Notes under the pieces: model-generated
Told to the model about the DNA's origin: nothing
Database searches by the model: none
Seen by the model: only the letters and a program-made list of their open reading frames with translations
Source: Salpingoeca rosetta
Taxonomy: Eukaryota; Protista; Choanoflagellata
Reading direction: 5' to 3'
DNA: 64,000 bases
NCBI GenBank assembly: GCA_033442325.1
Contig: JAWQFM010000028.1
Coordinates: forward strand, 89,764-153,763
Made by a program: the position numbers and the translations under genes
Shown here: in pieces, positions 25,201 through 45,190 of the stretch
How positions within the stretch are numbered: the first letter of the stretch is position 1
How the letters are laid out: the number at the start of each line of letters is the position of its first letter

Positions 25201-26298
25201 GACGTGAATGCTGTTGACTCCATGGTGTTGGGCGATGACGGGATGGCGCCGCACACGATGCACGAGGCCGCCAGCTTGCACGAAGCCGTCAGCACCACCA
25301 GCAGCGACACACAGGGCTCGCCCCCGCCGGCCGGGCCTGCCTGTAGTCCTGTCCAGAAGACCTCAAAGGACACAGGCCTCGAGGCACTTGGCGACGAGCA
25401 CGATGACACTGCAGTGCCCTCACTCGCCACCACCCCACACTGCGACAGTGCTGACGCTGGCAGTGGTGGCAATCTGCAAGTTACACGTGATGGTGGCGCC
25501 CTTGTGGCCAGCGATGACCGTGCCCGTGGCTGTGAGGGCCGTGGGGAGAAATGCGGTGAGGGCGATGCTGTAGGTGTTGAAGGCGAAGGAGTCCTGGGCA
25601 AGAGCGAGGCAGAGGATATGGCGAGCAGCCACAGCAACGTCGTATTTGTTGATGCCCAAGCCAGTGGAGCAGTGACATCCAAGCGCCCGAGATGGTACCG
25701 GCTGTTGACGCGGATGGTCCTGCGGAACGCACAGCTTGACCGGCAGTTTCGAGGGTTCGAGGCGTTCTCGCGCCTGGCCAGGGTCGAGCTTGTGTCCTGC
25801 ACGCTCAACCATGCTGTCATCAGCAACATCGCCGACGTTGGCATCTACATGTGCACTGGCATCGCCTCCGTGCGCGGTGTGAAGAAGCTCGTCGCCAACA
25901 GCCTGCGCCTGACTTTCCAGAGCCTCGAGGACATTGCCGAGGCATACATCGTGGCCAGCTCAGAGACATACATTGGGCACACGGCCAACGTTGCCAAGTG
26001 CGATATTGACCTGCGTGGCCTGCGCAGGTTTTTGCAGAGGCAGACGAGAGAGACATTGCAGGTACCGCTGCTTGAGCGCGCGCGTGCGCTGGACGGCATC
26101 GCCTGCCTCCACCTCACGTGGTCCTACCTGAAAAAAGACCCAGACCGGCCCTACGACGCAGTGTTGCAGATGACAAAGCAGCGGTGGCCGAAGACGCTGC
26201 GCGAACGCTTTCTGTTGTACCGGCAGATTGTGCAGGATATGAAGGAAAAGCGCCAAGAGCACCCCCGCATGCTTGAATTGAGACTCGAGCGCACATAG
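22264..26298 (+). CDS. Intronless 1344-aa protein: degenerate F-box-like N-terminus and two LRR-like regions separated by Ser/Thr-rich low-complexity inserts
   Basis: One 4-kb ORF starting at ATG. N-terminus WALIAERL...LRLMMTCRELY is F-box-like. LRR-like units include NTEALRGVPYVVL, SDLGPLRRATGVSL and HDVPSLRDVRILAL. Paralogous to 18340-21018. Confidence 0.8.
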   Translation: MTTFSCSQWALIAERLLPLDRLQRQAIDKDLHLVHVAGPRRRATPEIRAERDSIRGFLRLMMTCRELYHDLPFAVPKWCLSDNFKFIFRCHGVIDWPPEFAKDSGLPHEQAWLDDRFLALSWLGVNWSKSCCVFERTKFHSCFRAKAQTCVKVLTYSPVGLLHEYAQAFKRDANTARSRSGTATSVTSALAADPSSSTTTTTVATPTTTAATATAGAEATTTTATAATVRSTRRIHTPPRAALLQLCITIESMVELTQFMQLLMDMQRCAVRIMCKVKIQFRSGHPTTIRDLSFFDLHHITLHSSDVELVNVRFYGVHEVQWFACGHQRLDTVEFVRAHKVLLSQPPTTGIPVNTEALRGVPYVVLWGVVPSDLGPLRRATGVSLRDTYAHDVPSLRDVRILALDKCQLDELPALTLNSEVVLLTDQNHIGALTLPAASRVRVDRCPLRAITVGQQAPSLGPDSTRTHRLPNQHPGTIHVTDVHISNCQLLESLTVHDNGSTTSNRACQVYIAGASALRRLKLMPRTELTTAGCAQFPLQCLQSTPMHTMRLAVASTLARLQSLPDDANVLLGCCQGCAISAGDAALQPRYDTSTNVNTTTSTAPPFSGSTEAAGSSAARGTTSTRAQLPPCVKQIDMMTITGPTTPAQLQAFHAQASTNPSVAHGVYYEANLLWIGEERPARVCGDASEGAKLTEPVAEVADNNSTADRPSVLNAESLSKLKERARAARARARTEAPQMYITRKGHNNHINHVRFYHSRNYFCYNNNNNSSSSSTSSTASSTSSSTSTNTSTSTSTSTSSAAATTLAQFGGIFADSSSTVAIPPVVPIPDDPIGLEALHVPDSGSTSSSTSPSSWLVDLRPKHMHDGRTTTTTASTSTTTTTTASTSTTTTTTASTSTTTTTSTTTASISSSSSGGIDLLPGSDPLASLPRVDPLAPDACSTLVSEIESERNNDAAWDAMVAVPEDNDLAMLLPQWNIDVNAVDSMVLGDDGMAPHTMHEAASLHEAVSTTSSDTQGSPPPAGPACSPVQKTSKDTGLEALGDEHDDTAVPSLATTPHCDSADAGSGGNLQVTRDGGALVASDDRARGCEGRGEKCGEGDAVGVEGEGVLGKSEAEDMASSHSNVVFVDAQASGAVTSKRPRWYRLLTRMVLRNAQLDRQFRGFEAFSRLARVELVSCTLNHAVISNIADVGIYMCTGIASVRGVKKLVANSLRLTFQSLEDIAEAYIVASSETYIGHTANVAKCDIDLRGLRRFLQRQTRETLQVPLLERARALDGIACLHLTWSYLKKDPDRPYDAVLQMTKQRWPKTLRERFLLYRQIVQDMKEKRQEHPRMLELRLERT

Positions 26299-26456
26299 TG
26301 GTGCGGACCGGCAGAGGCAGGGACACAAGGAGTGACATGAGGGGGCGGTCATGAAGTCGTGGGAGGCTGGTGGTTGGTGGTTGGTAGCTCAACAACGCCA
26401 AAAAGGGCTCGCAGACCAATGGCGACGGTGCGAGCGAGGACCCGCCACAGCTCTTG

Positions 26457-26538
<82 letters not shown>

Positions 26539-26855
26539 TGCGATTTGTTGGTGACTGAGATCAAAGCCGTTCTGTTTTGCTTCAGTTGCAAGAAAGCAAG
26601 GTTGAGGCTAGTATGTACATTCACATCGATATTCATTGCAAGTGTGTCAACATAAACAGCTTTGCTTGTCGCGGTGTTGCCACCACAACGTGCTCCGCCA
26701 CCCGTTGCATTCGCACCTACAGTGGTGTGATATGACTAATGCTCTAATGCTGATCTGCCGTCTTCCACCTTCTTTTGCTCCAACATGCTTCAGAGTCCTC
26801 TTGCTTGAAGAGTGCAATGGAGAGTTGACAATTTTTTGGGTTGTTTGTTTCCACT

Positions 26856-26902
26856 ACAACGTCAATTTTGACCTTGGCAGCCCAGAAGCAAGGTCAATTT
26901 TG
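26856..26902. promoter_or_regulatory. Candidate promoter element ACAACGTCAATTTTG with an overlapping inverted repeat TTGACCTTG-N12-CAAGGTCAA
   Basis: About 110-155 nt upstream of the ERp44 ATG. A near-identical motif lies on the reverse strand at 147-165, upstream of RPL26. Confidence 0.4.
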
Positions 26903-27011
26903 CTTTTAGCGAACAAGACACAGACGCTGCTGTTGTTCGCTGCTGTGTTGTCGCAGTGAGTGCTGTAGGCGAGCGTGCTGCTGTCGCATCACATCACAAA
27001 CAGCGTTCGAG

Positions 27012-31627
<4,616 letters not shown>

Positions 31628-31906
31628 CACGCACGCACACGCGTTGGTGTGCAAGGTTGAGACCGTGGTTGTGGGTTGTCTGTGAATGCAGTGTGACGTA
31701 TGTGTGTGTGTGTGTGTGTGTGTGCACGTGTGGATGGTGTGCGTTTATATGTGTGGAGGATGTGCGCTTGTGTGTCTCACTTTACCCTCTTTCCCCTTAT
31801 CCTTCTTCACTTCCATGTGTCCGGCTTAGTTGCTCCTTCTGATCTGACATGTGTGTGTGTGTGTGTGTGTGTGTGGTTTCTTGCTGCGGTGTTGCCTCGT
31901 GGCCGT

Positions 31907-32004
31907 TTGCTTCTCAGTGTCATAGTGTCTCGTGTAACATTTCGACTCGGGAACATTGCTTCTCAGTGTCATAGTGTCTCGTGTAACATTTCGACTCGGG
32001 AACA
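31907..32004. repeat. Perfect 49-bp tandem duplication between the convergent ERp44 and SWEET 3' ends
   Basis: ttgcttctcagtgtcatagtgtctcgtgtaacatttcgactcgggaaca occurs twice, at 31907 and 31956. Confidence 0.93.
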
Positions 32005-32206
32005 GCCAGTCTTCAATCCAATCAAGCCATGATAGCACGTTGCATGGCGTGAAACGACGCGAAGGCCCTTGCAACTTGGTGCCACATTTGCGTTGTGTGC
32101 GAAGGAGCGGGGACAGTAGGAGTTCGGGTGTCACATCACAGAGTACACACTTAACACTTGACATAATGCAACGCAGCAAACCACCATTTCATGCAACAAA
32201 ACACAC

Positions 32207-32240
<34 letters not shown>

Positions 32241-32318
32241 CTCAAATCACCACTACCTGCAAACACTACCACCACCGCCGCCACCATTCTGGGTGCATAC
32301 GCATGCCCACTTGGTGGC

Positions 32319-33381
32319 CTAGTCGCCGCGGTGGATGCCAAATCGCATGAACATGGTCATCTGCACGGAGGCAGCAAGGAAGCCGAGGGCATTGGGCACC
32401 CAGATCAGCGGGTCGCCCATCACCACAAACCCATATCCGCTCCAGCACGCGCCATTGAAGAACGTCGCCTGGTGCCAACAAATCGTGGTGGTAATGGTGT
32501 GGTGGCGGTTGAAGGAGGAGGGTGTGGTGGTGTTTGGGAGTGAGTGAATGCGCAGTTATGTGAGTTGATGTGCGTCTCGTGTGAGTGCATGCGCGGTCTT
32601 GTGCGTCGATGTGAGTTGGCGTGTGTGTTTGCAGCAGATGATCAAGAGCATCATCACACATGACAGCAGCCACCAGCTGCACCCACCTCTCAACACCATC
32701 ACAACATCCACGCCGCCTTCCAACCGCATCCCCATCCCAACCGCACCCTACACCAGCCCACAACCTCCTCCCACGCGAGTGCGCACCAGGGATGTTGCAA
32801 ACGGCATGGCCTTGGTGGACTTCTCCGCGAGCACGGTGCGAATGGTGGCGAGCGGCGACGCCATGAGGATGACAGCAAGCACGTCACCGGTCAGGCCAAT
32901 ATACGGCACGACTTGCTCTGTCGGCAACGCCAGGGCAGCGCCTGTGACGGCGGCGATGATGGCAGATGAGCCTGCAAGCAGCTTGGCCTGCGACTGCGTT
33001 GTGTACTTGAGGTACACGGCCGTGTACGCCGCACCGAAGATGGCGCCGCTCACGTTGGGCAGCATCACCGTCATGTCACCAATCAGGTGCCCGTACCACG
33101 TCCAGATGACGCAGTTTGTGAACAGCGAGAGCGATGGCAGGATGCTCAGCTTGCCCACCGACTTCTCCTTGATGATTTGTCGCGTGGCCACACTCCTGCA
33201 AGCACGTGTGAGGGCGAACGAGTGTATATGAGGGCGAACGTGTGTGTGTGTGTGTGTGCGTGTGTGTGTGTGTGTGTCATGGGCAAGGGAAGCGTTGTTG
33301 TTTACACTCCATCGATCATTGACCACAGCGTCACTGTGGCACGAATACACTCACACGCACGCACGCACACATACACACACG

Positions 33382-33430
<49 letters not shown>

Positions 33431-34303
33431 CCTGAGAGCTGGAGGGAGAGAAAGAAGGCTGGCCCAGAGACCTGCAGTAATGTGAGGAGCGCTGTTGGAA
33501 TGGTAAAACCGGCAGCGGTCGTGACAGTTGCCGTTGTGATGGGGGTACCCCCTGCCGCACACAGCGCCACTGCTGGCATGCCTGTCATTGCGCCTGCGCA
33601 AAGGCCAGCAGGCAACGTAACCGGCCATATTCTCTTCGCATCCGCGCCTTTGTCCACGTGCCACTTCTCTACCTCTTTGCTACTACTCTTGTTGCATGGT
33701 TGCTTGCACAATGCACCGGGCTGGATCGGGGATATGTACATATGAGTGTACATGCATGTGCGTATGTGTACGTGTGCGTGAGTGTGAGTGTGTGTGAGTG
33801 TGTAGTGAGTGTGTAGTGAGTGTGCAGTGAGTGTGTGTGAGTGTGTAGTTAGTGTGTAGTGAGTGTGTAGTGAGTGTGGAGTGAGTGTGTGGAGTGAGTG
33901 TGCATGTGTGAGTGTGCATGTGTGAGTGTGAGTGTGTAGTGAGTGTGGAGTGATTGTGCAGTGAGTGTGGAGTGATTGTGCAGTGAGTGTGGAGTGAATG
34001 TGGAGTGAGAGAGATAGAGAGAGGCATATGCATCGGCGCACACAAACACACCCACACACACTCTCTCCTTCTCAACCCCCCCCCCAAACACACACACACA
34101 CACACCTGCAATGTCGTCGCCATGGCTGGTGCTGTCTGGCTGCTGCATCGATGGCACAGCATCAACGGCGACAGCAATCGCACCAACCCGCCGCGACCGC
34201 CTCCATAACCACCACCATCACCACCACCTCGTCGCACAGCAGCAGATCGCATCAGCAGCAGCATCGCTGCCTTTGCCCTCCCAACAACAGCAACAGCAAC
34301 CAT
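32319..34303 (-). CDS. SWEET: SWEET/MtN3 sugar transporter with an N-terminal extension; exons about 34303-34106, 33720-33431, 33195-32787, 32468-32319
   Basis: Two MtN3 repeats: RQIIKEKSVGKLSILP...WTWYG...PNVSG and ASPLATIRTVLAEKSTKAMPF...WSGYGF...DPLIWVPNALG. Splice phases are consistent. The start codon is uncertain (34393, 34303 or 34264). Confidence 0.9.
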
Positions 34304-35191
34304 CGTCGTTTTGCCACTGCACAAACCAAAACACAAACAACAAGCACAAACACAACAGAAAACAAAAAAAAGGACAGGCAGGATTGATTCCATGCACCTT
34401 TAAATCCTGACTTCAGGGCCGAATTCCTGCTGTCCTTCCCTTTGTTTTGTTTGTGGTTGCGCACTGCAAGCAGGCAAAACAACCAAACAACAAAACACCA
34501 GCAGCCGCCCAGCAAAAGCTGCAGCTTGTGTGCGTTTCTCCTCCTCCTCTCTTCCCACACAGCTGTACTTGCCGCAAGCGCACCCACCGCTTGACACCAC
34601 CACCACCACCACCATCAGCACACAAACAAGCACCAGCGCTCCTTCCTTCCAGCTCCACCCTCCGCTTGTGCTTGTGCGAGTGCGCAGCCCCCGCACGTTT
34701 GCCTCCCATCCATTGGGTCGTGTTCTCTTTTGTGCGTTTTGGATTTCATTCGGCTGTACTGTTTGGGGGCGGTTCCCAACTCCGTTCGCCCGGCTGGACA
34801 AGACTCACCGCCGTCTTGCTGTCTCGCTTGCTGTTTCGCTTGATTGTCTCGCGTCGCTTTTGCTTCCGCTCGCTGGGATCGATTGTCCTGGTGCACGATT
34901 CCCACCTCTATCAGCTACAACCACCACAGCCTCTTCTGCAATCCCCGCCCCACCGTCGCTTTGCTATCCTCCTTTGCTTGGTTGAGCTGCAACATTCACT
35001 CCCAGTGCGTTTTCGCTGGCTCTCATCTCCATCGTACACGCACGCAGCTCCGACACAAAGAAAGCGAGGTTGCCTGCCCAATCGAGCAGCAACCCGTCTC
35101 AGCAAGCCACCAGCAAGCAAGTACGCTTCATTCTCCCCTCCCCTACACTCAACCGCCTCCTTGTTGACCCGGTCACACGGACTCCTTCGCC

Positions 35192-35261
35192 ATGTCCTTT
35201 CCATCGCCCCGTTCCCAGCCGCATTACCAGCAGCATCAGATGCCGCAGCCACAGTTCCAGC

Positions 35262-35346
<85 letters not shown>

Positions 35347-35577
35347 GTCACCCAGTCAGGTGCGTTCGTGACATGAAAGGATGCTTGCGTGCTGTGTGCA
35401 CGACGGCGTCTTGTGTTTGGGGCGCACCAAACAGCGCGGTTCTCATCTCCATGCATGTGCATGCTCTCTTCCAACAGGGCGAACACGTGAAGGATGCTGT
35501 GAAGATGCAGCTGTCGTGGTACTTGTGCGCAGAGAACCTCAGCAGACCCGTGAGTAGGCGGCTTGAGTGCTCGAGAC

Positions 35578-35645
<68 letters not shown>

Positions 35646-35915
35646 CTGCTCTCATGCTTGGCTCGCCATGCTCTTCGGCTTGTCTTTGTGTAACTGTCGC
35701 TGTTTTCCCCTTTGCATCCTTGCTTGATGGCAACCAGGATCACTATCTCCTCAATTCGATGCTTGGCCCCGAGATGTGGGTCCCTGTGCAGCTGCTCATG
35801 CAGTTTCCAAAAGTTGCGGTAAGCGTTTCGTACACACACGCACACACACACACACAAACGCACACACACACACACACACTGCCACACACACACACACACA
35901 CTGCCACACACACGC

Positions 35916-35958
<43 letters not shown>

Positions 35959-37716
35959 TACACAGTCCTTTGAAATGCGCACTTGCTTTGTGTTGCTCGG
36001 AACGCCGCTACTGCTCACACATGCACACCATCACCTTCTTTCTGTTTGTTTTGCACGTACCTCCCCCCTGCCCCTCACCAACACTGCCATCAACACCGCC
36101 GCAGCAAATGACGTCTGACCACGATCTTGTGATCGCGTGTATGCACGAGCTGCCATCGCTCGATGTCTCGCAAGACCGCCAGTTTGTTCGCCCGCGTAAC
36201 TTCGCTCTCCTCTCCAGCGAGTCAGTCTCACCCTCGTTATTAATTTTCACGTGCATTGTCGTGCATCATGTTTGCTCCATCTTGCCTCATGCACCCGAAC
36301 CCATGCGTGACGTCACAGTCGTCGCTGTAAGGGGCTCCATCCTATCATCAGCCTATCCTCACACATGTTACTGGCTATCACAACAACTCTAACACCACCA
36401 CCACCACCACCACCACCACTACGTGCGCTCTTTGTTGCGTGCAAATCGCTTCTGCAGCGCCACGCTTCTTGTCCGCGGTGCAGAGAGTGCAGACGCCGTG
36501 CACGCGGCCCTCGAGGAAGACATTGGCCCTCTCCCCATCATTGCCGATGGTCGGTCGTTCCTCGTGGATTGCGCAGCGGTGCAGACAATGGAGCAGGCCC
36601 GCCTCGCCCTCTCAACACGTGGATGGCGCGTCACCCCAACCGCCATCGGCAGATTCGTCCGCAAGGTGTGTGCGTGTGTACATGTGTGTGTGTGTGTGCA
36701 TGCGTGTGTGTGTGCATGTGTGTGCGTGCATGTGTGTGCGTGCATGTGTGTGTGCGGCTGCTTCAGTGCATTCGTGCTGGATTGCAACGTGTCTCACTCC
36801 GTCCGTCCCTCCCTCACTCACTCGCCACTTCTCGTGTGCATCGCTACTGTCCCTGCAGGATCCTGTGCCGATGCCCGTTTATGAACAGCCGGTCATGTTC
36901 AACTTCATGCAGCCGCCAGTACGTTTGGGGCACACGCGCTGCGTTGCCACACGTGGCGTTGTAGCAAAGCACGCGAACATATGCTCACGACGCGCACATG
37001 CACACGCACACGCACACAATGACATACACAAACACACGCACACAAGGACATCCCTTCCCACCTCTCATCATTGCTCCACACCGCTATGCACCCTATTATG
37101 AACAACAACACCACCACCAGCAGCAGCAACAGCAGCAGTCGTTGTACATGGCACCACCAGTGCACCCGGCGTATCAGTACATGCCAATGTCTCCCCCATA
37201 TGCGCAGGTATGTGTGCGTGTGTGTGTGTTTGCTTTTGCGTTTTCGTAATGACTCTGCTCGATGCCTTGCTTCAACGTGCTACACATTGCTTCCTACACG
37301 GTTCTCTGCTCACATTGCTCACATTCACTACTTCGCGTGCATGCTGGTGGCAACGTTTCATACATTTCGCGTGCGGTGCACACAGGTTGGGTACCCTATG
37401 TATGTTGCATCAGATCCCATGATGATGCCAATGCGCCCGCTGTACTCTCCTCAAGAGCTGCCGTAAGTGCACCCTTCTTGTTACTGCTGCTGCTACTGCG
37501 GTTGTTGCTGTCGTTTGGTTGTTTGTCCTTGTTGTTCTCGTGCTTCTTGTTCTTGGCTTGTGAAGCACTCACTGCCACCACGATCATCGCCATCATCGCC
37601 ATCATTGCCATCATTGCAGTCGCCACCACCGCGATTCTTCCCGCCACAGCTCAGGTGCGGGCAGGCACACACACACACAAAAAAAACGCGCTCGCACACA
37701 CACCGACACACACACA

Positions 37717-37767
<51 letters not shown>

Positions 37768-38709
37768 CACGCACGTTTTCGTTCTGGTTCACATGTGCAT
37801 GTGCTTCGCGCGTTCTAAATGTCAAGCAGGAGATCGGCGCCATTCACATTCGCATTCTCGTTCCCACTCGAGCGGTCCGCGCGACAAGAGCAGGGGGCGC
37901 TCGCGCGAGGTAAGACGCGCGCACTCATCATCGTGCACACACACACACACGCAACCACGCACATGCACACACGCGCATATCTGCCAATGCCTCACACCAC
38001 CCGTGTCTCTTGCTTAACACGCTCACCTTCATCTCCACCACCACCAATGCCAATACCACCACCGCCTTCTTCGTCTTCGTCTTCGTCAGAATGCGCGCCG
38101 GCAGCACGACCGCCGACCGCGCCATCGCCGACCGGGATCAGAATCGGTGGGAGGGGGGAGGCAAACACTCGCAGTTCAATGCATGCTCACATCCACATAC
38201 TTCTCTCTCGTATAACTCTGATACGCGCACATCTGCACACACCTGCGCCCATCACGCGTACACACACACACACACAGACTCACACTCACACACACTCACT
38301 CACACACTCACACTCACACACACGCACTCACTCTCGCTCTCACACTCACACTCACACTCACTCACACTCACACTCACACTCACACTCACTCACTCACTCA
38401 CTCACTCACTCACTCACTCACTCACTCACACAACGTGACCCAGGGCGCGATTGGCCATCATCCCCACTCGACTGCACCGCCCGCGTCACACTCGTCCGCG
38501 TCATCCACAGTGGCACCAGCACACGCAGCAGCCACAACAAGTGCAACAGCGGCCAATGCCCAGGGTGGTGCTGCTCCGCTGACATATTCGCAGGTGCAAG
38601 CGAGTGTGATGAGTGCGGGAGAACCGGCAGACAAACTCACGCGTCCGGAACACGCGCCCGTCCTCGATCAGAACAAGGTTTTACTGAGCGCATGACCCCT
38701 GTTGCATTC

Positions 38710-38758
<49 letters not shown>

Positions 38759-39028
38759 GTGATTGCATCATGGCTTCGTAGTCAACCGCCACTGTGGTTC
38801 GCACACCGGCACACGCCCGCATTCAACCGTCGACCCCCCGTCTTTCCCCCCAACCTGCCCCCTCATGGTGTGTCAATGCCCCAGATTCAGGAGGCGACAC
38901 AGGCAATGGGGGACCTGTCCCTTGGTGCACAGTCGCAGTCTGCACCTGTCTCCCCACTCGACGCCCCACACGGCGGTAACGTGTTCACGGCGCCTGATGC
39001 ACAGCAGCGCACGGGCCAACAGGCAGCA

Positions 39029-39063
<35 letters not shown>

Positions 39064-39499
39064 GCAGCAGCCAGTGAAGAGCAAACAGAAGCAGCAGCAG
39101 AAACAGCAGCAGAAACAGCAGCAGCAGCAGCAGCATCAAAAGCAACAGCAACCGAGCAAGCACCACAATGGAAAGCAGCCAGGCAAGCACAATAAGCAGC
39201 AAAAGCAGCGAAAACACCAGAAACACCCGCAACAACAACAACAACAACAACACCAACAACAAAAGCAGCAGCAAGAGGTGCAGGTGGTGCCACCAACACC
39301 AACGAGTACAAGCAGCAGGAGCAGTAGCGGCAACGTGAATGACGAGGCAACCCCACCACGCGGTGGCAAGTCATGGGCTGCCGTGACGAAAGGGAAGCAC
39401 GCGAAACAGAACGGTGTGCACCTGCAGCAGGAGGAGCAGCAGAACGAACAGCACGGGCAGCAGGAGGAGCAGCAGAACGAACAGCACGGGCAGCAGCCA

Positions 39500-39540
<41 letters not shown>

Positions 39541-39583
39541 TGTGGAGGCAAGTTCAGAGGGGCAGCCAGACAAGGCAGTGTGA
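35192..39583 (+). CDS. La-related protein (LARP4-like): polyQ N-terminus, La motif, RRM-like region, Q-rich C-terminus
   Basis: Spliced La motif [25 protein letters not shown]...[44 protein letters not shown], followed by ATLLVRG. The LARP4 subfamily assignment is tentative. Confidence 0.75.
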
Positions 39584-40100
39584 CGAGTGATGTACACTTC
39601 ACGCTTGCCCTTAACACCCCAACCCCCAACCCCCTTTTCCTGTTTCAATGCATTTCATAGTGCCTTCATGTTCCCTGTTTCCGTTGCTTTACTGTGGTCT
39701 GTCTCTCTCGTGCTTGTTTCTGTCCGAGCCTACCGCGCGTTGTCTGTGTTGCCTGTCTTGTCCTCGCGACCATGTTAGAGCCCCATTGTCACCTTCAAGT
39801 TTGCAGCATTGCGTGCTGGCTTGTCTTCATTCATTGTCGCTTCATCTTCCGTCATCGACGTTCCTGTTTGTTCTTCCTGCTCGCCTCCTACTCCCCATCT
39901 TCGTCGCAAGTCCAGCACCAAGCGCTCTGCTTGCTTCTTTGCTTCTTTTCCCTTGGCAGTGCCCAACATCACCATCATCATCACCACCACCACGGTTACC
40001 GTGCCAATTCCTCCCCTCCCCCTTCTTTTTGTTTCTTTTCTTTCTTTCATTCATTTTTGTTTCCCATGCTCTCCTGTTCACATTTGTACCGTGTACATAT

Positions 40101-44384
<4,284 letters not shown>

Positions 44385-45190
44385 CTTCTTCTTCACTGTT
44401 GTGTTCACTATGTTTTTGCCTGTCGTGTTGTCGGGACTACCAGCCATAAACAAGATTTTCTTGTTTTGAGCGCTTAAATGCGCGCAATTTATTTGAAACG
44501 CTGGTGTCGAAGCGGTGTTTGTTTGTTTATGTTTGGGGTTGTGCATTGTTGCTTGCTTCCTTGCTTCTGCCTGCTCGTGCCTTGCTTGCCTCATTGATCG
44601 TTGTGGTTTCTTGTTCTTTCGCTCTCATCCCACCTCATCACATCAGCACATCACCCACCACCAATCCACCAACAACAATAACGGAAGCAAGCCAACAAGC
44701 ACACCATTGTTGAGAGCTGGCACATCTTGCATCGAACAATCACGGCGTGTCCCCAACAGCACAGCCACCTCACCGACTGTGTTTCTTTGCTTTCCTTTTG
44801 CTCCTGCACTGTTGCCTCGTGTTGCTTTGTTTACCGTCTCTGATTGTTCAGGGCGTGCAGCATCAAGCAAGCAAGCCAGCAAGCGAAGAAAGACCTCTTG
44901 GGCAGCACAGGAGGCAATACATTGCAGTGCACGCCGCACAGCATCCCAACATAGCCCGCCACTTTCATTCCATTGCTTCACAAGCAAGCCACCAAGCCAG
45001 CCAGCCAGCCAGCTCGCCCTTACAGGAACGGCTGCTTTGAGGCACACCAAGTGGGGTTTGTTCATTCAAGCGCAGTAAGCACCTGCAGGCAGTGGCACTG
45101 CCGCCAACTTCTCCCTTCCCACGACCGTTCTCCTCCCCTTCCCACGACCGGCGAACCCACGTCCCTCCTCCACGTGACGCCCCAGCAACC

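Noticed and set aside
24555-25844. 429-aa antisense ORF inside the 1344-aa gene
   Set aside because: It is expected from GC-rich codon usage and triplet repeats, and has no recognisable domain.
17879-26563. A 9-bp direct match (ctgagatca) on both sides of the intronless island as a target-site duplication
   Set aside because: There are no terminal inverted repeats, LTRs or transposase/integrase motifs, and a 9-mer match in flanks of this size can arise by chance.
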